A stretch of 63,878 bases of DNA from Patescibacteria group bacterium (GTDB taxonomy: Bacteria > Patescibacteriota > Minisyncoccia > Phycocordibacterales > Phycocordibacteraceae). The notes beneath the pieces were generated by a model. It was not told where the DNA came from, ran no database searches, and saw only the letters and a program-made list of their open reading frames with translations. Location: assembly GCA_040384725.1 (NCBI GenBank), contig JAZKIS010000010.1:1-63878 (forward strand). The letters are read 5' to 3'. Shown piece after piece: positions 25,345 through 34,877 of this stretch. How positions within the stretch are numbered: position 1 is the first letter of the stretch; every line of letters begins with the position of its first letter. Both the position numbers and the translations under genes were made by a program.

Positions 25345-26019
25345 CTAGTTCGCGAGCGGATAGCTCTCTACAAGGTCAGCGACGACGATGAAACGCGAGG
25401 TCTTCTTCCCGAACGAATCGCACGTTGCGAGCGTGAGCGTGTGGCCTTCCGCGGTAAGCGGGATGGCCGCAGACTCAGCGTCCGCCTCCGCGACCTGCGT
25501 CACGGCGTATACGTACGTCATGGTCTCGCTATGCACCATGATCTTGTCTCCCTTCTTGAGGTTCTGGATCTCGTTGAATGCCTTGAATGCCTCGTTGTTC
25601 ACGATAGGCAGATAGCTCGAGTGCCCGAAGAGGATCGTGTTCCCTGCCTCGCCGAGCTTCGCGGATGTCGGGTAACGGACCGCTCCCGTAAGGAGCGCCT
25701 CGTCGAGCACCGCGACGCTCGTCGACTCAGGGTTCTTGATCTCGACATTGATGCCGACCTCAGGAATCTCCACGCGAACCGGATTCTCAGGCGCGCTCAG
25801 TATGACTCCCGCAGCGAGCGAGCTGCCCGGGACCGTAACCGCGTCAGCGACCGTCTTCGTTGGAGCCTCCGGCACGATATCGAACGTCGCGAGCGTCGCG
25901 AACGATACGAAAAAGACGGCCAGGAAGGTGGCCAGGAAGCTCCACTTCTTAGCATAGGCGCGTCCGAAGGCGCGGATAAGCTGTACGGTCTTGTTAATTG
26001 CGGTCATAGGGTCTTGCAT
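25345..26019 (-). CDS. Sortase-family transpeptidase
   Basis: It has an N-terminal TM anchor. The catalytic residues are His (ILFGHSSY), Cys (TLTLATCDS, the TLxTC motif) and Arg (TSRFIVVADL). Confidence 0.9.
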   Translation of the reverse strand: MQDPMTAINKTVQLIRAFGRAYAKKWSFLATFLAVFFVSFATLATFDIVPEAPTKTVADAVTVPGSSLAAGVILSAPENPVRVEIPEVGINVEIKNPESTSVAVLDEALLTGAVRYPTSAKLGEAGNTILFGHSSYLPIVNNEAFKAFNEIQNLKKGDKIMVHSETMTYVYAVTQVAEADAESAAIPLTAEGHTLTLATCDSFGKKTSRFIVVADLVESYPLAN

Positions 26020-26087
26020 ATCATTACACTATAGACCCGAATTGTCAAGGCATCCTTGCAGTGTCTTGCCCGTGTCATCTTCTCTTC

Positions 26088-26125
26088 CTTCAGCATACCT
26101 ACAGGTACCTGAAGGTATGCTGAAG
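26088..26125. promoter_or_regulatory. 38-bp near-perfect palindrome with an 11-nt tandem duplication, between the sortase and CARDB genes
   Basis: CTTCAGCATACCT-a-CAGGTACCTG-a-AGGTATGCTGAAG has 13-bp arms and a 10-bp palindromic core. Its right arm is part of CTGAAGGTATG CTGAAGGTATG (26109-26130). Confidence 0.4.
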
Positions 26126-26151
26126 GTATGAGCCGTCATGCTAAGGAGTAC

Positions 26152-26180
26152 TTGACAGACAATAACCAGTGTGGTAAACA
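26152..26180 (+). promoter_or_regulatory. Candidate extended -10 promoter for the CARDB gene
   Basis: TTGACA (26152-57), 17 nt, TGgTAAACA (-10 at 26175-80). The ATG at 26189 is 8 nt downstream. Confidence 0.4.
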
Positions 26181-26962
26181 GCATGCATATGGAAACGACA
26201 ACAATACGGACAACCAGCGGAACCGGCCGCCGCGCTGCGGTGAACGGGCTCGCTATCGTGGGCTTCATCGTGCTCGTTATTATCGGCATGGCGCTTGCGG
26301 TATACGCAGCGCGTTTCGTGCCAAAGGCCGTCTCGAACATCGGTTCGGCTGCCGTCTACCTCTCGTCTCAGGTCTTCTCTGACGAGGGCGGCGAGACAGA
26401 CCTCGTCGTCGTGCCTCCTGCGGAAACCGTACCGTTCGGAGACGATGTCGTCGTCGCAACCACTACCGCAACGACCACAACCACGACTACCGTCACTCCT
26501 GGAGCTCCGGTAACGAATCCTCGTCCTGGTACTCAGACCACCGTCGTAACGACCGTAACCGGTACTGCTCCTGCTAACTACTCAGGCCTCCCTGACCTCG
26601 TCGTTGAGAACGTAACGACCGGCTACCTAAACTCTGTTGACACAAGCACCTTCCGTTCTTCGAACGAGGTCCCTGATGGCAAGCGCGGTGCGGTCAAGTT
26701 CACGGTTGCGAACCGCGGTACCAACATCTCGCAGCGCTTCGACTTCGAAGTCGAGCTCCCGACGAGCCGCAGCTACACCTACAAGTCCAAGTCGCAGCAG
26801 ACGCTGCGTCCTGGCGAGCGCATCGAGTACGTCCTCGGCTTCGATCAGGCGCGCGAAGGTAACGACCGCACCATCACCATCACAGTTGACGCGGGTCGCG
26901 ACATCAGCGAGTCCAACGAGAACAATAACGACCGTTCCGTAACTGTCGACATCGAGCGCTAA
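26171..26962 (+). CDS. Membrane-anchored CARDB-domain surface protein with a Thr-rich linker
   Basis: TM AVNGLAIVGFIVLVIIGMALAVYAA, then a TTTATTTTTTTVTPG linker. CARDB-like features follow: LPDLVVENV...TVANRGTNIS...ISESNENNNDRSVTVDI. The start is uncertain (GTG 26171, ATG 26183 or ATG 26189). Confidence 0.8.
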   Translation: MVNSMHMETTTIRTTSGTGRRAAVNGLAIVGFIVLVIIGMALAVYAARFVPKAVSNIGSAAVYLSSQVFSDEGGETDLVVVPPAETVPFGDDVVVATTTATTTTTTTVTPGAPVTNPRPGTQTTVVTTVTGTAPANYSGLPDLVVENVTTGYLNSVDTSTFRSSNEVPDGKRGAVKFTVANRGTNISQRFDFEVELPTSRSYTYKSKSQQTLRPGERIEYVLGFDQAREGNDRTITITVDAGRDISESNENNNDRSVTVDIER

Positions 26963-26975
26963 TAGCGCCGTTAAG

Positions 26976-27006
26976 AAAAGCCCCCGGCACCTGGCCGGGG
27001 GCTTTT
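26976..27006. terminator. Bidirectional terminator between the CARDB gene and gyrB
   Basis: AAAAGCCCCCGGC, 5-nt loop, GCCGGGGGCTTTT. Confidence 0.7.
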
Positions 27007-27017
27007 CTCGTATATGC

Positions 27018-29123
27018 CTAAACGTCGAGGGTCGCGAGCTTCGCGTTGGATTGGATGAATGCCTTGCGGCTCGGCACGTCGGTACCCATCAGGACGTCGA
27101 AGATGCGGTCGGCCTCGACTCCGTCCTCAACCGTAACGCGCTTCAGGATGCGGTTCGCCGGGTCCATCGTGGTCTCCCAGAGCTCGGACGGATTCATCTC
27201 GCCGAGACCCTTGTAGCGCTGGATGGTTATCTTGCCGCCCTTCTTCGTCGCGACCTCCTCTTCCGGAGAGCCGTCGGTCTCTTCATCGGTTCCCTGCTCT
27301 TCGTCTGCCTCCTCAACGGCAGCGTTCGCATCGTCTCCGAGAAGGCGGAACTTCTCTTCGTCCGAATACGCGTACATCACTTCCTTCCCGCGCTTGATCT
27401 TGTACAGCGGCGGCTGAGCGATGTAGATGAACCCGCCGTCGATGATAGGCCGGAAATGGCGGTATAAAAGAGTAAGCAAGAGCGTTCGGATGTGCGCACC
27501 GTCCACGTCGGCATCGGTCGCGATGATTATCTTGTGGTAGCGGAGCTTACTAAGGTCGAAGATGTCGCCGATGGCCGTACCCATAGCGACGACGAGGTTC
27601 CGGATCTGCTCGCTTGCGAGCATCTTATCGAGACGCGCGCGCTCGATGTTGAGGATCTTTCCGCGAAGCGGAAGGATGGCCTGGGTCCTGCGATCCCGGC
27701 CCATCTTGGACGAGCCGCCGGCAGAGTCTCCCTCTACGATGAAGAGCTCGGAATCCTCAGGGCTCTTGCTCTGACAGTCCGCGAGCTTGCCCGGAAGCGT
27801 CATGCCTTCGAGCGCTCCCTTGCGCATCACGGAGTCCTTCGCAGCCTTCGCGGCCTTGCGAGCCTTAAGTGCGAGCAGCACCTTGTTCGCGATTGCCTTC
27901 CCGTCATCGGGATTCTCCTCGAAGAAGCTCGCGAGCGCCTGGCCGAAGATGGTCGCTACCGCGCCCTGTGCCTCGACCGAACCGAGCTTGCCCTTGGTCT
28001 GGCCCTCGAACTGGATCTCCGGCATCTTCACGGACACTACTGCCGTGATGCCTTCGAGCACGTCGTCTCCCGTGAAATTCTCTTCGCTTTCCTTGAGGAC
28101 GCCTGAGGAACGGGCGTACGAGTTCAAGGTACGCGTGAGCGCGGTCTTGAAACCCGTAACGTGCGTACCGTGCTCCGGATTATAGATATTGTTCGCGAAC
28201 GCCATCAGGCGCGGCGAGATGTCATCGGCGTACTGGAACGCTACCTCTACCGCGACGTCCCCCTCTGCTGAGTCGACGTAGAACACGTTCTTATGCACGG
28301 GTGTCTGGTGCTTGTTATAGAAACCGATGAGAGAGCGGAGACCGCCCTCGAAGTAGAAGGACATGCTCGGGACGTCGATACCGGTCGCGCGCAGGTACAC
28401 GGAGCCCTCGCTGTCGACGGTCGTCTCCTCGCGCGCGTCGAGCACGGAGATGCGCGTTCCCTTCACGAGATACGCCTGCTGGCGCAGATGGGCGACGATC
28501 TTCTCCCAGTTCCAGGCGATGCCGTCCTTGAAGATAGACTCGTCCGGACGGAACATGACGATAGTGCCGTTGTGCGTGGTCTTGCCGATCTGCTTGACCT
28601 TCGCCTTCGCCTTGCCGATCTCGTACTCCTGCATGTGCACGGCACCGTCCTTGTGCACGATCACCTTCGTATGCGTCGAAAGCGCGTTCACCACAGACGC
28701 ACCCACGCCATGGAGACCGCCCGAGACCTTGTATCCCGAATCCTCGCCGCCGAACTTTCCTCCGGCATGGAGCGTCGTCATGATCGTCTCGAGCGCAGAC
28801 ACCTTCGTCTTCGGGTGTATCCCGACCGGGATACCGCGTCCGTTATCAACGACGCGCACGTAGCCGCCCGGAAGGAGCGCTACCTCGATATCGTTCGCGA
28901 ACCCGCCCATTGCCTCGTCGCGCGAGTTGTCGAAGATCTCCCAGATGAGATGGTGCAAGCCGTCAGGACCGGTCGTACCGATGTACATGCCCGGACGCTT
29001 ACGCACCGGCTCGAGACCCTCGAGCACGGAGATACTCGAAGCGTCGTATTCTTTCGCCTTTGCAGCCTTAGCGGCCGCAGGTGCGGCCGCTTTCTTCGGT
29101 TTTTCCTCCCCGTCCTTTGCCAT
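27018..29123 (-). CDS. gyrB: DNA gyrase subunit B
   Basis: Start at ATG 29123 ([27 protein letters not shown]...). Motifs: [31 protein letters not shown], and Toprim EGDSAGGS. Confidence 0.95.
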   Translation of the reverse strand: MAKDGEEKPKKAAAPAAAKAAKAKEYDASSISVLEGLEPVRKRPGMYIGTTGPDGLHHLIWEIFDNSRDEAMGGFANDIEVALLPGGYVRVVDNGRGIPVGIHPKTKVSALETIMTTLHAGGKFGGEDSGYKVSGGLHGVGASVVNALSTHTKVIVHKDGAVHMQEYEIGKAKAKVKQIGKTTHNGTIVMFRPDESIFKDGIAWNWEKIVAHLRQQAYLVKGTRISVLDAREETTVDSEGSVYLRATGIDVPSMSFYFEGGLRSLIGFYNKHQTPVHKNVFYVDSAEGDVAVEVAFQYADDISPRLMAFANNIYNPEHGTHVTGFKTALTRTLNSYARSSGVLKESEENFTGDDVLEGITAVVSVKMPEIQFEGQTKGKLGSVEAQGAVATIFGQALASFFEENPDDGKAIANKVLLALKARKAAKAAKDSVMRKGALEGMTLPGKLADCQSKSPEDSELFIVEGDSAGGSSKMGRDRRTQAILPLRGKILNIERARLDKMLASEQIRNLVVAMGTAIGDIFDLSKLRYHKIIIATDADVDGAHIRTLLLTLLYRHFRPIIDGGFIYIAQPPLYKIKRGKEVMYAYSDEEKFRLLGDDANAAVEEADEEQGTDEETDGSPEEEVATKKGGKITIQRYKGLGEMNPSELWETTMDPANRILKRVTVEDGVEADRIFDVLMGTDVPSRKAFIQSNAKLATLDV

Positions 29124-29201
29124 ATGTTCCCTTAAGTATACCACGCGCACGCTATGAAATCTCCCCTTCAAGAGATGCTTATCTGGCCTAGGTACGGCCT
29201 A

Positions 29202-29549
29202 CTATCGGCTCCTGGTGATAGTCACGCCCGGCACCCCGTTGTCCCATGCCTCGAGCTTCCGTATCGTAATCGTCACCTCCTTCGCGCGAGCATCTTCAAG
29301 GATCTTTCCTGCGATCTCCTCGGCGATCTTCTCGATGAGGTACCGCCGCTTCCCGGACAACGTATCAAGGATGATCTTCTTCAGGTCGTCGTAGTCGATG
29401 GTGTCCGCAAGCGCATCGGTGTCTCCGGACTTCTTTGATTCGAATCCGACTTTGAGCGTGACGTCGAAGCTCTGCTCCCTGCTCCACTCATGCTCGTAGT
29501 GGCCATGGGTCGCATCGATCGTGAGCGAATCGATATGGAGATAATCCAT
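29202..29549 (-). CDS. folB: Dihydroneopterin aldolase (T-fold, FolB-like)
   Basis: MDYLHIDSLTIDATHGHYEHEWSREQSFDVTLKV...DTIDYDDLKKII...LIEKIAEEIAGKIL matches the FolB pattern over its whole length. Confidence 0.8.
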   Translation of the reverse strand: MDYLHIDSLTIDATHGHYEHEWSREQSFDVTLKVGFESKKSGDTDALADTIDYDDLKKIILDTLSGKRRYLIEKIAEEIAGKILEDARAKEVTITIRKLEAWDNGVPGVTITRSR

Positions 29550-29553
29550 GAGA

Positions 29554-31473
29554 CTAGCGTACTTCCCACCCTTCCTTCTTGTTCAGGGTATCGGTGACGC
29601 GCTCCATAGCTGGATCGAGATCGGTATCAGCGAGGGTTCGTTCCCTAGACTCAAAGACGAGACGGAACGCATACGAGGTACGGCCATCCTTCTCGAAGCG
29701 GTCAAAGAGGTCGATGCGTGCGAGATGGTCTCCCGCTTGGGACACGATGGCATTCGCAACTTCGCTCTCTTCCGTTCCTTCAAGCGTCCACACGGCGATG
29801 TCGCGGAGCGCGGACGGGTACAGCGAGAACGGCGTGTACGCGTTCATGTGCGCCGAGATCGGCGCGTATTCCTCGCCAAGCTTTTCGAGATTGAGCTTGC
29901 CGAGATTGAGCTCCATCATCTGCCCATCGAGCGTGAAGTGTGCAGCGGCCGGGATCTGGAGCAGGTCCTGCTCGAGCGCTGCGACGTTCTCCTTGAGCGC
30001 TTCTGCCGCCTGGGCCGGCTTCCCGCCAATAGCGACGACTCCCATGGACAGGAGGAGTGCCTCGCCGTGTTTCGTAAAGACGGTACCCACTTCGAACAGC
30101 TTCACGAACGGCGCGGGACCGAGCACCCTCGGAGCGACGCCTGCCGCGCGCGTAAGCGCATCCTTCAGGTTAGCGATGAGAGAGGCACGCAGGTACGGCC
30201 GATCAGACTGGAGCGGGTTCGCAAGCTCGATCTCCCCTTCAGAGGCGAAGGACGGCGTGGAGATCTCGCTGAACCCGCGCTCGACGAGGAAGTCACGGAC
30301 CGCTTCGATGCCGCGGAACCGTTCCTGAGCAGGTACGCCTTCGAGAAGCGCGAGCTCCTTTGACTCGAGCGCGTCGTAGCCCAGGCTTCGTCCCACCTCT
30401 TCGGCAAGGTCCTCAGCGATTTCTATATCGTTGCGCTCGAACGGCGCGAGCACGATGAACGTATCCTCTACTTCCGTGTATGAAAATCCGAGTCGATTGA
30501 ACGCGCCTCGCACGTCGTCCGCGGCAAACGACGCGCCGAGGATCTCGTTGATGCGCGCGAGCGACACGGATGCGGTCCGGGGCTCCGGAGGATTCGGAAA
30601 CACGTCCGTAACGCCGACGAGCTTCCCTCCCGCGACCTTTAGTATGAGTTCGATCACGTGCGCCATGCCGTAGCCAGCGAGCGCCGGGGACGGCTTGTTC
30701 TGGAAACGGCTCGACGCGTCCGTGAAGAGCTTCAGCGCTTGTGCAGTCTTCCTGACCGCGGTGCCGCCGAAACTCGCGGCCTCGATCAGAAGGTCGACAG
30801 TCTTTTCGGTAACCGCAGCCTCAATGCTGCCCTTCACGCCTGCGATACCGAGCGGCCTGCCGTCTGCGTTCCCGTCCGCAATCAAGAGCGTGCCCTCAGG
30901 AAGCGCATACGTCTCGCCCGTAAGCGTGGTGATGGATTCTTCAGCTTCCGACGCGCGGACCGTAATCGCATATCCGCCCTCGCGCGCCGTTAGCTTCGCG
31001 GCATCGAACGCATGCAGCGGCTGCCCGATATCGAGCATCACGTAGTTGGTCGCATCGACCACATTGTTTATCGATCGCTGGCCGACCGCCTCGAGCGCTT
31101 CCTTGAGCCAGTCGGGTGACGGCCCCACCTTCACCCCCTCGATGAGCGCGCCGATATAGCGGGCGCATTTCCCGTCCTCGTCGAGCGTAACCAAAACGCG
31201 ATCGGTCTCAGGGAATGTCGGCAACGTCTCTTTCAGGGGATCATGCGAAAGCGGGAGATCGAGCGCGGCGCTGATTTCCATGGCTACACCTCGGTGCGAG
31301 AGCATGTAGGCCGCACGGTCCGGAAGGATGTTCACATCGATAAGGTCTCCCTTCGCCTCCTCGACTTCCGCTACACTAAACGTTAAGGCATCGGCAATAG
31401 CCTCAGCAGCTGGAAGCTCCTTCTCGAAATATCCCTGGAGCCACTTCCGTGACGTTTTCATGCTGATAGCCAT
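29554..31473 (-). CDS. pheT: Phenylalanyl-tRNA synthetase beta subunit, short form without the N-terminal tRNA-binding OB domain
   Basis: Domain order is B3/4, B5, catalytic-like, FDX-ACB. 639 aa. It is adjacent to pheS, separated by only 2 nt. Confidence 0.92.
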   Translation of the reverse strand: MAISMKTSRKWLQGYFEKELPAAEAIADALTFSVAEVEEAKGDLIDVNILPDRAAYMLSHRGVAMEISAALDLPLSHDPLKETLPTFPETDRVLVTLDEDGKCARYIGALIEGVKVGPSPDWLKEALEAVGQRSINNVVDATNYVMLDIGQPLHAFDAAKLTAREGGYAITVRASEAEESITTLTGETYALPEGTLLIADGNADGRPLGIAGVKGSIEAAVTEKTVDLLIEAASFGGTAVRKTAQALKLFTDASSRFQNKPSPALAGYGMAHVIELILKVAGGKLVGVTDVFPNPPEPRTASVSLARINEILGASFAADDVRGAFNRLGFSYTEVEDTFIVLAPFERNDIEIAEDLAEEVGRSLGYDALESKELALLEGVPAQERFRGIEAVRDFLVERGFSEISTPSFASEGEIELANPLQSDRPYLRASLIANLKDALTRAAGVAPRVLGPAPFVKLFEVGTVFTKHGEALLLSMGVVAIGGKPAQAAEALKENVAALEQDLLQIPAAAHFTLDGQMMELNLGKLNLEKLGEEYAPISAHMNAYTPFSLYPSALRDIAVWTLEGTEESEVANAIVSQAGDHLARIDLFDRFEKDGRTSYAFRLVFESRERTLADTDLDPAMERVTDTLNKKEGWEVR

Positions 31474-31475
31474 GC

Positions 31476-32228
31476 TTAGGTGAGCGATTGGTCGAATCCG
31501 TAGACGAACCGGATATCGCCGTTATGGAACGCGCGTACGTCAGGGATGCCGTACTTGATCATGAGAAGACGCTCGATGCCGCCGCCGAACGCGAAGCCCG
31601 CCACCTCTTTCGGATCGAGTCCTGCATTCTGTATCACGTCCGGATGGAGCATGCCGGCACCTCCGACTTCGAGCCAGCGTCCTTCCTTGCCCGGTGCTTC
31701 GTACCACACGTCCATCTCGACGCCCGGCTCGACGAACGGGAAGAAGCTCGGACGGAAACGGACTTGCACCCCCTCGCCCAGGTACTCGCGATAGAACCGA
31801 TCGAAAGTGCCCTTCAGATGCGCGAGCGTCACGGAGCCGACAGGCCCCACGGCGAACCCGTCGAGCTGATAGAACTGCGCCTCGTGCGTGCTGTCGGTCG
31901 CTTCGTTGCGGAACACCTTACTCGGGATGATCATTCGTCCTTCCGTCTTCCCCTCCTTGGCCATGTCTTCGAGGCAGCGGACCGATACCGAGGTCGTATG
32001 CGTCCTCGGAGCCCGTCGCGGCTCCTCGTTCGTCCAGAACGTATCCTGCATATCGCGCGCAGGATGGTCGGCCGGTACCCGAAGCGCGTCAAAGTTGTGC
32101 CACTCGTCCTCAAGCTCAGGGCCGTACGCGATACCGAATCCCATGGTCGCGAAGATGCGGGCGATCTCGCGAATGTCAGCGGTCAGTGGGTGCAAGCGGC
32201 CAGGGGGCATATAGAATCGAGTATACAC
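31476..32228 (-). CDS. pheS: Phenylalanyl-tRNA synthetase alpha subunit, short form
   Basis: FDALRVPADHPARDMQDTFW and GFAFGGGIERLLM are class II motifs. At 250 aa the N-terminal coiled coil is absent. Confidence 0.92.
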   Translation of the reverse strand: MYTRFYMPPGRLHPLTADIREIARIFATMGFGIAYGPELEDEWHNFDALRVPADHPARDMQDTFWTNEEPRRAPRTHTTSVSVRCLEDMAKEGKTEGRMIIPSKVFRNEATDSTHEAQFYQLDGFAVGPVGSVTLAHLKGTFDRFYREYLGEGVQVRFRPSFFPFVEPGVEMDVWYEAPGKEGRWLEVGGAGMLHPDVIQNAGLDPKEVAGFAFGGGIERLLMIKYGIPDVRAFHNGDIRFVYGFDQSLT

Positions 32229-32285
32229 GGCGCATCCTAGAAAAAACAGGCGTATTTGCTATACTTCAGCGAACTACGGCCATAT

Positions 32286-33524
32286 ATGTCACTCGAGATA
32301 CTCGCGTATCCGTTCTTATTCCTCGGCCTCTATTTCGAGGTGTTCATGCTCCTGACCTTCCTCTCAGGACCCGCCAAGGAACGGAGGCTCAGGGTGCCGG
32401 GACTTAATACTCCGAAGGTGGCTATCATCGTTCCCTGCTGGAACGAGGAGAGCACCATAGACGGCACCGTGCAGTCTCTGCTGGCGCTCGAGTATCCGAA
32501 GGAGAAGCTCCAGATCGTCCTCGTTAACGACGGCTCCGTCGACAACACGAAAACGGTGATGGATTCGTATATCGGGAACCCTCAGATAACCGTGATCCAT
32601 AAGGAAAACGGCGGCAAGCACACCGCCATCAACGCCGGCATAGAGATCGCCGAAGACGCCGAGTTCGTCGGCTGCCTCGATGCCGATTCGTTCGTGGCGC
32701 CCGATGCGCTCCGCGAGATGATCTCCTGCTTCGAGGATCCTAAGGTTGCCGCCGCGACCCCTGCCATGTCCGTCTTCCAGCCGAAGAACCTTCTCGAGCA
32801 GATGCAGAACACCGAGTACATCGTCGGTATCGCGGCGCGTCATGCCCTCTCTGCCGTGAACGGCATCTATGTGACCCCGGGGCCTTTCTCCTTCTATCGC
32901 CGCTCCGTCATCGAAGAGCTCGGGGGCTTCCGCCATGCGCACCAGGCCGAAGACATGGAGATGGCGCTCAGGATCCAGCGCGCCGGCTACGAGATCGAGA
33001 ACGCGCCGCGATCGAGGGTCTACACCAAGGTGCCGCGCTCGGTGCCGAAGCTCATAAAGCAGCGCACCCGCTGGACCACCGGGTTCCTCCGTAACGTGAT
33101 GACCGATTACCGCGACCTCGTCGGCAACCCGAAGTACGGCACACTGGGACTCATGGTGCTTCCGCTCGGATTCGTCGCTATCGTAGGCGGCGCGTTCCTG
33201 TTTTTGGTCGCACTCGCCTCACTCGCGCTTAATCTCGTGCGTACCTACTCGGTTACCGAGGGCATCCCCCTTTCCTATACGCTTCTCCCGCGCTTCTCGA
33301 TCGAATGGTTCTACGTCCCGATGACGTTCCTTCTTCTGACGAGCGTGGTCGTCGGGATACTCTCCGTATCGCTCGTACTCATCGGCCGTCGTGTCTCGAA
33401 CACGCCCGCCAAGGTCATCCTCGGCATCCTCGGCTACACCTTCATCTACGCCTTCATCGCGCCCTTCTGGCTCATGCGCTCCATGTATGATGTGCTCACC
33501 GGCAAGCGCCGTGCATGGCGGTAG
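32286..33524 (+). CDS. Membrane-embedded processive family-2 glycosyltransferase
   Basis: IIVPCWNEE, a DADS (DxD) motif, and QRTRWTTG (QxxRW), with flanking TM helices. I prefer ATG 32286 to the tracked TTG 32256. Confidence 0.87.
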   Translation: MSLEILAYPFLFLGLYFEVFMLLTFLSGPAKERRLRVPGLNTPKVAIIVPCWNEESTIDGTVQSLLALEYPKEKLQIVLVNDGSVDNTKTVMDSYIGNPQITVIHKENGGKHTAINAGIEIAEDAEFVGCLDADSFVAPDALREMISCFEDPKVAAATPAMSVFQPKNLLEQMQNTEYIVGIAARHALSAVNGIYVTPGPFSFYRRSVIEELGGFRHAHQAEDMEMALRIQRAGYEIENAPRSRVYTKVPRSVPKLIKQRTRWTTGFLRNVMTDYRDLVGNPKYGTLGLMVLPLGFVAIVGGAFLFLVALASLALNLVRTYSVTEGIPLSYTLLPRFSIEWFYVPMTFLLLTSVVVGILSVSLVLIGRRVSNTPAKVILGILGYTFIYAFIAPFWLMRSMYDVLTGKRRAWR

Positions 33525-33549
33525 CATTTATTCCTAGCTTTCTTATCCT

Positions 33550-34233
33550 ATGTCGCTCGCAACCCGTAACGCTCTCCTCGCCCTCGCCATAACCGTCGCT
33601 ATCATCGGCACGATCGTGGCCGCGATAAACCACCTCGACCGCCAAAGGATCGCCGAGCTCGACGCTATCCAGAGCCAGCTGGCTACCGACACCCTCTCGG
33701 TCGAGACCCAGTTCGCGCTCCTTGAGAACGCGCCGTGCGCAGACCTTACGGCAGGCACCGACCTCACGAGCGAGGTCTCCTCGCTCGGGGACAGGCTCGG
33801 CATCGCGGAGTCCCGACTCGGCAGTGACAACCCCGAGGTGCTCCGCTTGAAGAAGCAGTACACCCTGCTCCAGATACGCGACTACATCCTCACCCAGAGG
33901 ATCGCGGACACCTGCGACATCGAGCCTGTTACGGCACTCTACTTCTACTCGAACGAGGCGGGCGCCTGCGAGAGCTGCGACCGCGCGAGCTACGCCCTCT
34001 CCTATCTCCGCCAGACGTACCCGCAGCTGCGCGTGTACACCTTCGACTACAACCTCGATCTCGGTGCGCTCAAGACCCTCATCGCGGTTGAGAAGGTCGA
34101 GGAACGCTTCCCCGCCTTCGTTATCGAGGGCGAGCGTTCCTACGGCTTCACGGACGTCGAGACCTTCCAGGAACTCTTCCCGGAAGACCTGTTCGCAACC
34201 ACGACGGCGACGAGCACGAAAGCGAAGAGATAG
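33550..34233 (+). CDS. Membrane-anchored protein with a C-terminal CxxC (thioredoxin-fold-like) region
   Basis: N-terminal TM LLALAITVAIIGTIVAAI. Then ...YFYSNEAGACESCDRASYALSYLRQ.... The functional assignment is weak. Confidence 0.55.
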   Translation: MSLATRNALLALAITVAIIGTIVAAINHLDRQRIAELDAIQSQLATDTLSVETQFALLENAPCADLTAGTDLTSEVSSLGDRLGIAESRLGSDNPEVLRLKKQYTLLQIRDYILTQRIADTCDIEPVTALYFYSNEAGACESCDRASYALSYLRQTYPQLRVYTFDYNLDLGALKTLIAVEKVEERFPAFVIEGERSYGFTDVETFQELFPEDLFATTTATSTKAKR

Positions 34234-34246
34234 GACAGGAACGGAG

Positions 34247-34280
34247 AAAGCCCGCATCACATCGATGCGGGCTTTCTTCT
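34247..34280. terminator. Terminator hairpin shared by the 33550..34233 gene and tRNA-Thr
   Basis: AAAGCCCGCATC, 5-nt loop, GATGCGGGCTTTCTTCTTT. Confidence 0.7.
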
Positions 34281-34281
34281 T

Positions 34282-34357
34282 TGGAGCCGGGAGCCGGGCT
34301 TGAACCGGCGACCTACGGTTTACAAAACCGTTGCTCTACCAACTGAGCTATCCCGGC
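34282..34357 (-). tRNA. tRNA-Thr (anticodon UGU), CCA encoded
   Basis: Minus strand: GCCGGGATAGCTCAGTTGGTAGAGCAACGGTTTTGTAAACCGTAGGTCGCCGGTTCAAGCCCGGCTCCCGGCTCCA. It folds as a canonical 76-nt cloverleaf with anticodon loop TT-TGT-AA. Confidence 0.95.
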
Positions 34358-34367
34358 GAACTTCCTG

Positions 34368-34397
34368 AGTATACGGGGTTACCCAGAATCTATGCAA
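34368..34397 (-). promoter_or_regulatory. Candidate promoter for tRNA-Thr
   Basis: Minus strand: TTGCAT (34397-92), 18 nt, TATACT (34373-68). The tRNA 5' end is 10 nt downstream. Confidence 0.5.
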
Positions 34398-34399
34398 CT

Positions 34400-34843
34400 C
34401 TACGCCTCAGGCTCGGGTTTCCGCCGTGCCGGCTTCCTCGAGGCCGCCCGCGCATTCCTCAGCGCTACCCGCACGCGGTGCGCGCTCGTCTGAAGGATCC
34501 CTGGCTTCTCCTCTCCTTCGGTCTCGAGCGGGACGGTTATGCCGCGACGCTCCCGAAGCGCCTTCACGGTACGCGTGAGGAGGCGTTCGGTGGTGCGCAC
34601 GATACGGAGCACGAAGTGCGCCACGTCGTGCAGCACGCGCTCGAGCACGGTCCCGAGGAGATGCTTCGTAAACGCTCCCCAGTCCACGTGCGTGGCGATG
34701 AACGCCGCACGCGATACCTTCGCATCGAGCTTGTTGCGGTATATGCCCGCGACACGAAGCCCTCGACGGCGCTCGAACGCGGTGAGCGCTATGAATCCGC
34801 CGAAGAGGATGAGGGAGAGGCCGATGAGAATGAGATACAGCAT
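34400..34843 (-). CDS. Hypothetical membrane-anchored protein
   Basis: 147 aa with N-terminal TM MLYLILIGLSLILFGGFIALTAF and a basic C-terminus. I recognise no family. Confidence 0.55.
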   Translation of the reverse strand: MLYLILIGLSLILFGGFIALTAFERRRGLRVAGIYRNKLDAKVSRAAFIATHVDWGAFTKHLLGTVLERVLHDVAHFVLRIVRTTERLLTRTVKALRERRGITVPLETEGEEKPGILQTSAHRVRVALRNARAASRKPARRKPEPEA

Positions 34844-34877
34844 AGATACGGATGAAGGCCGGATACCCGGCCTTCGA

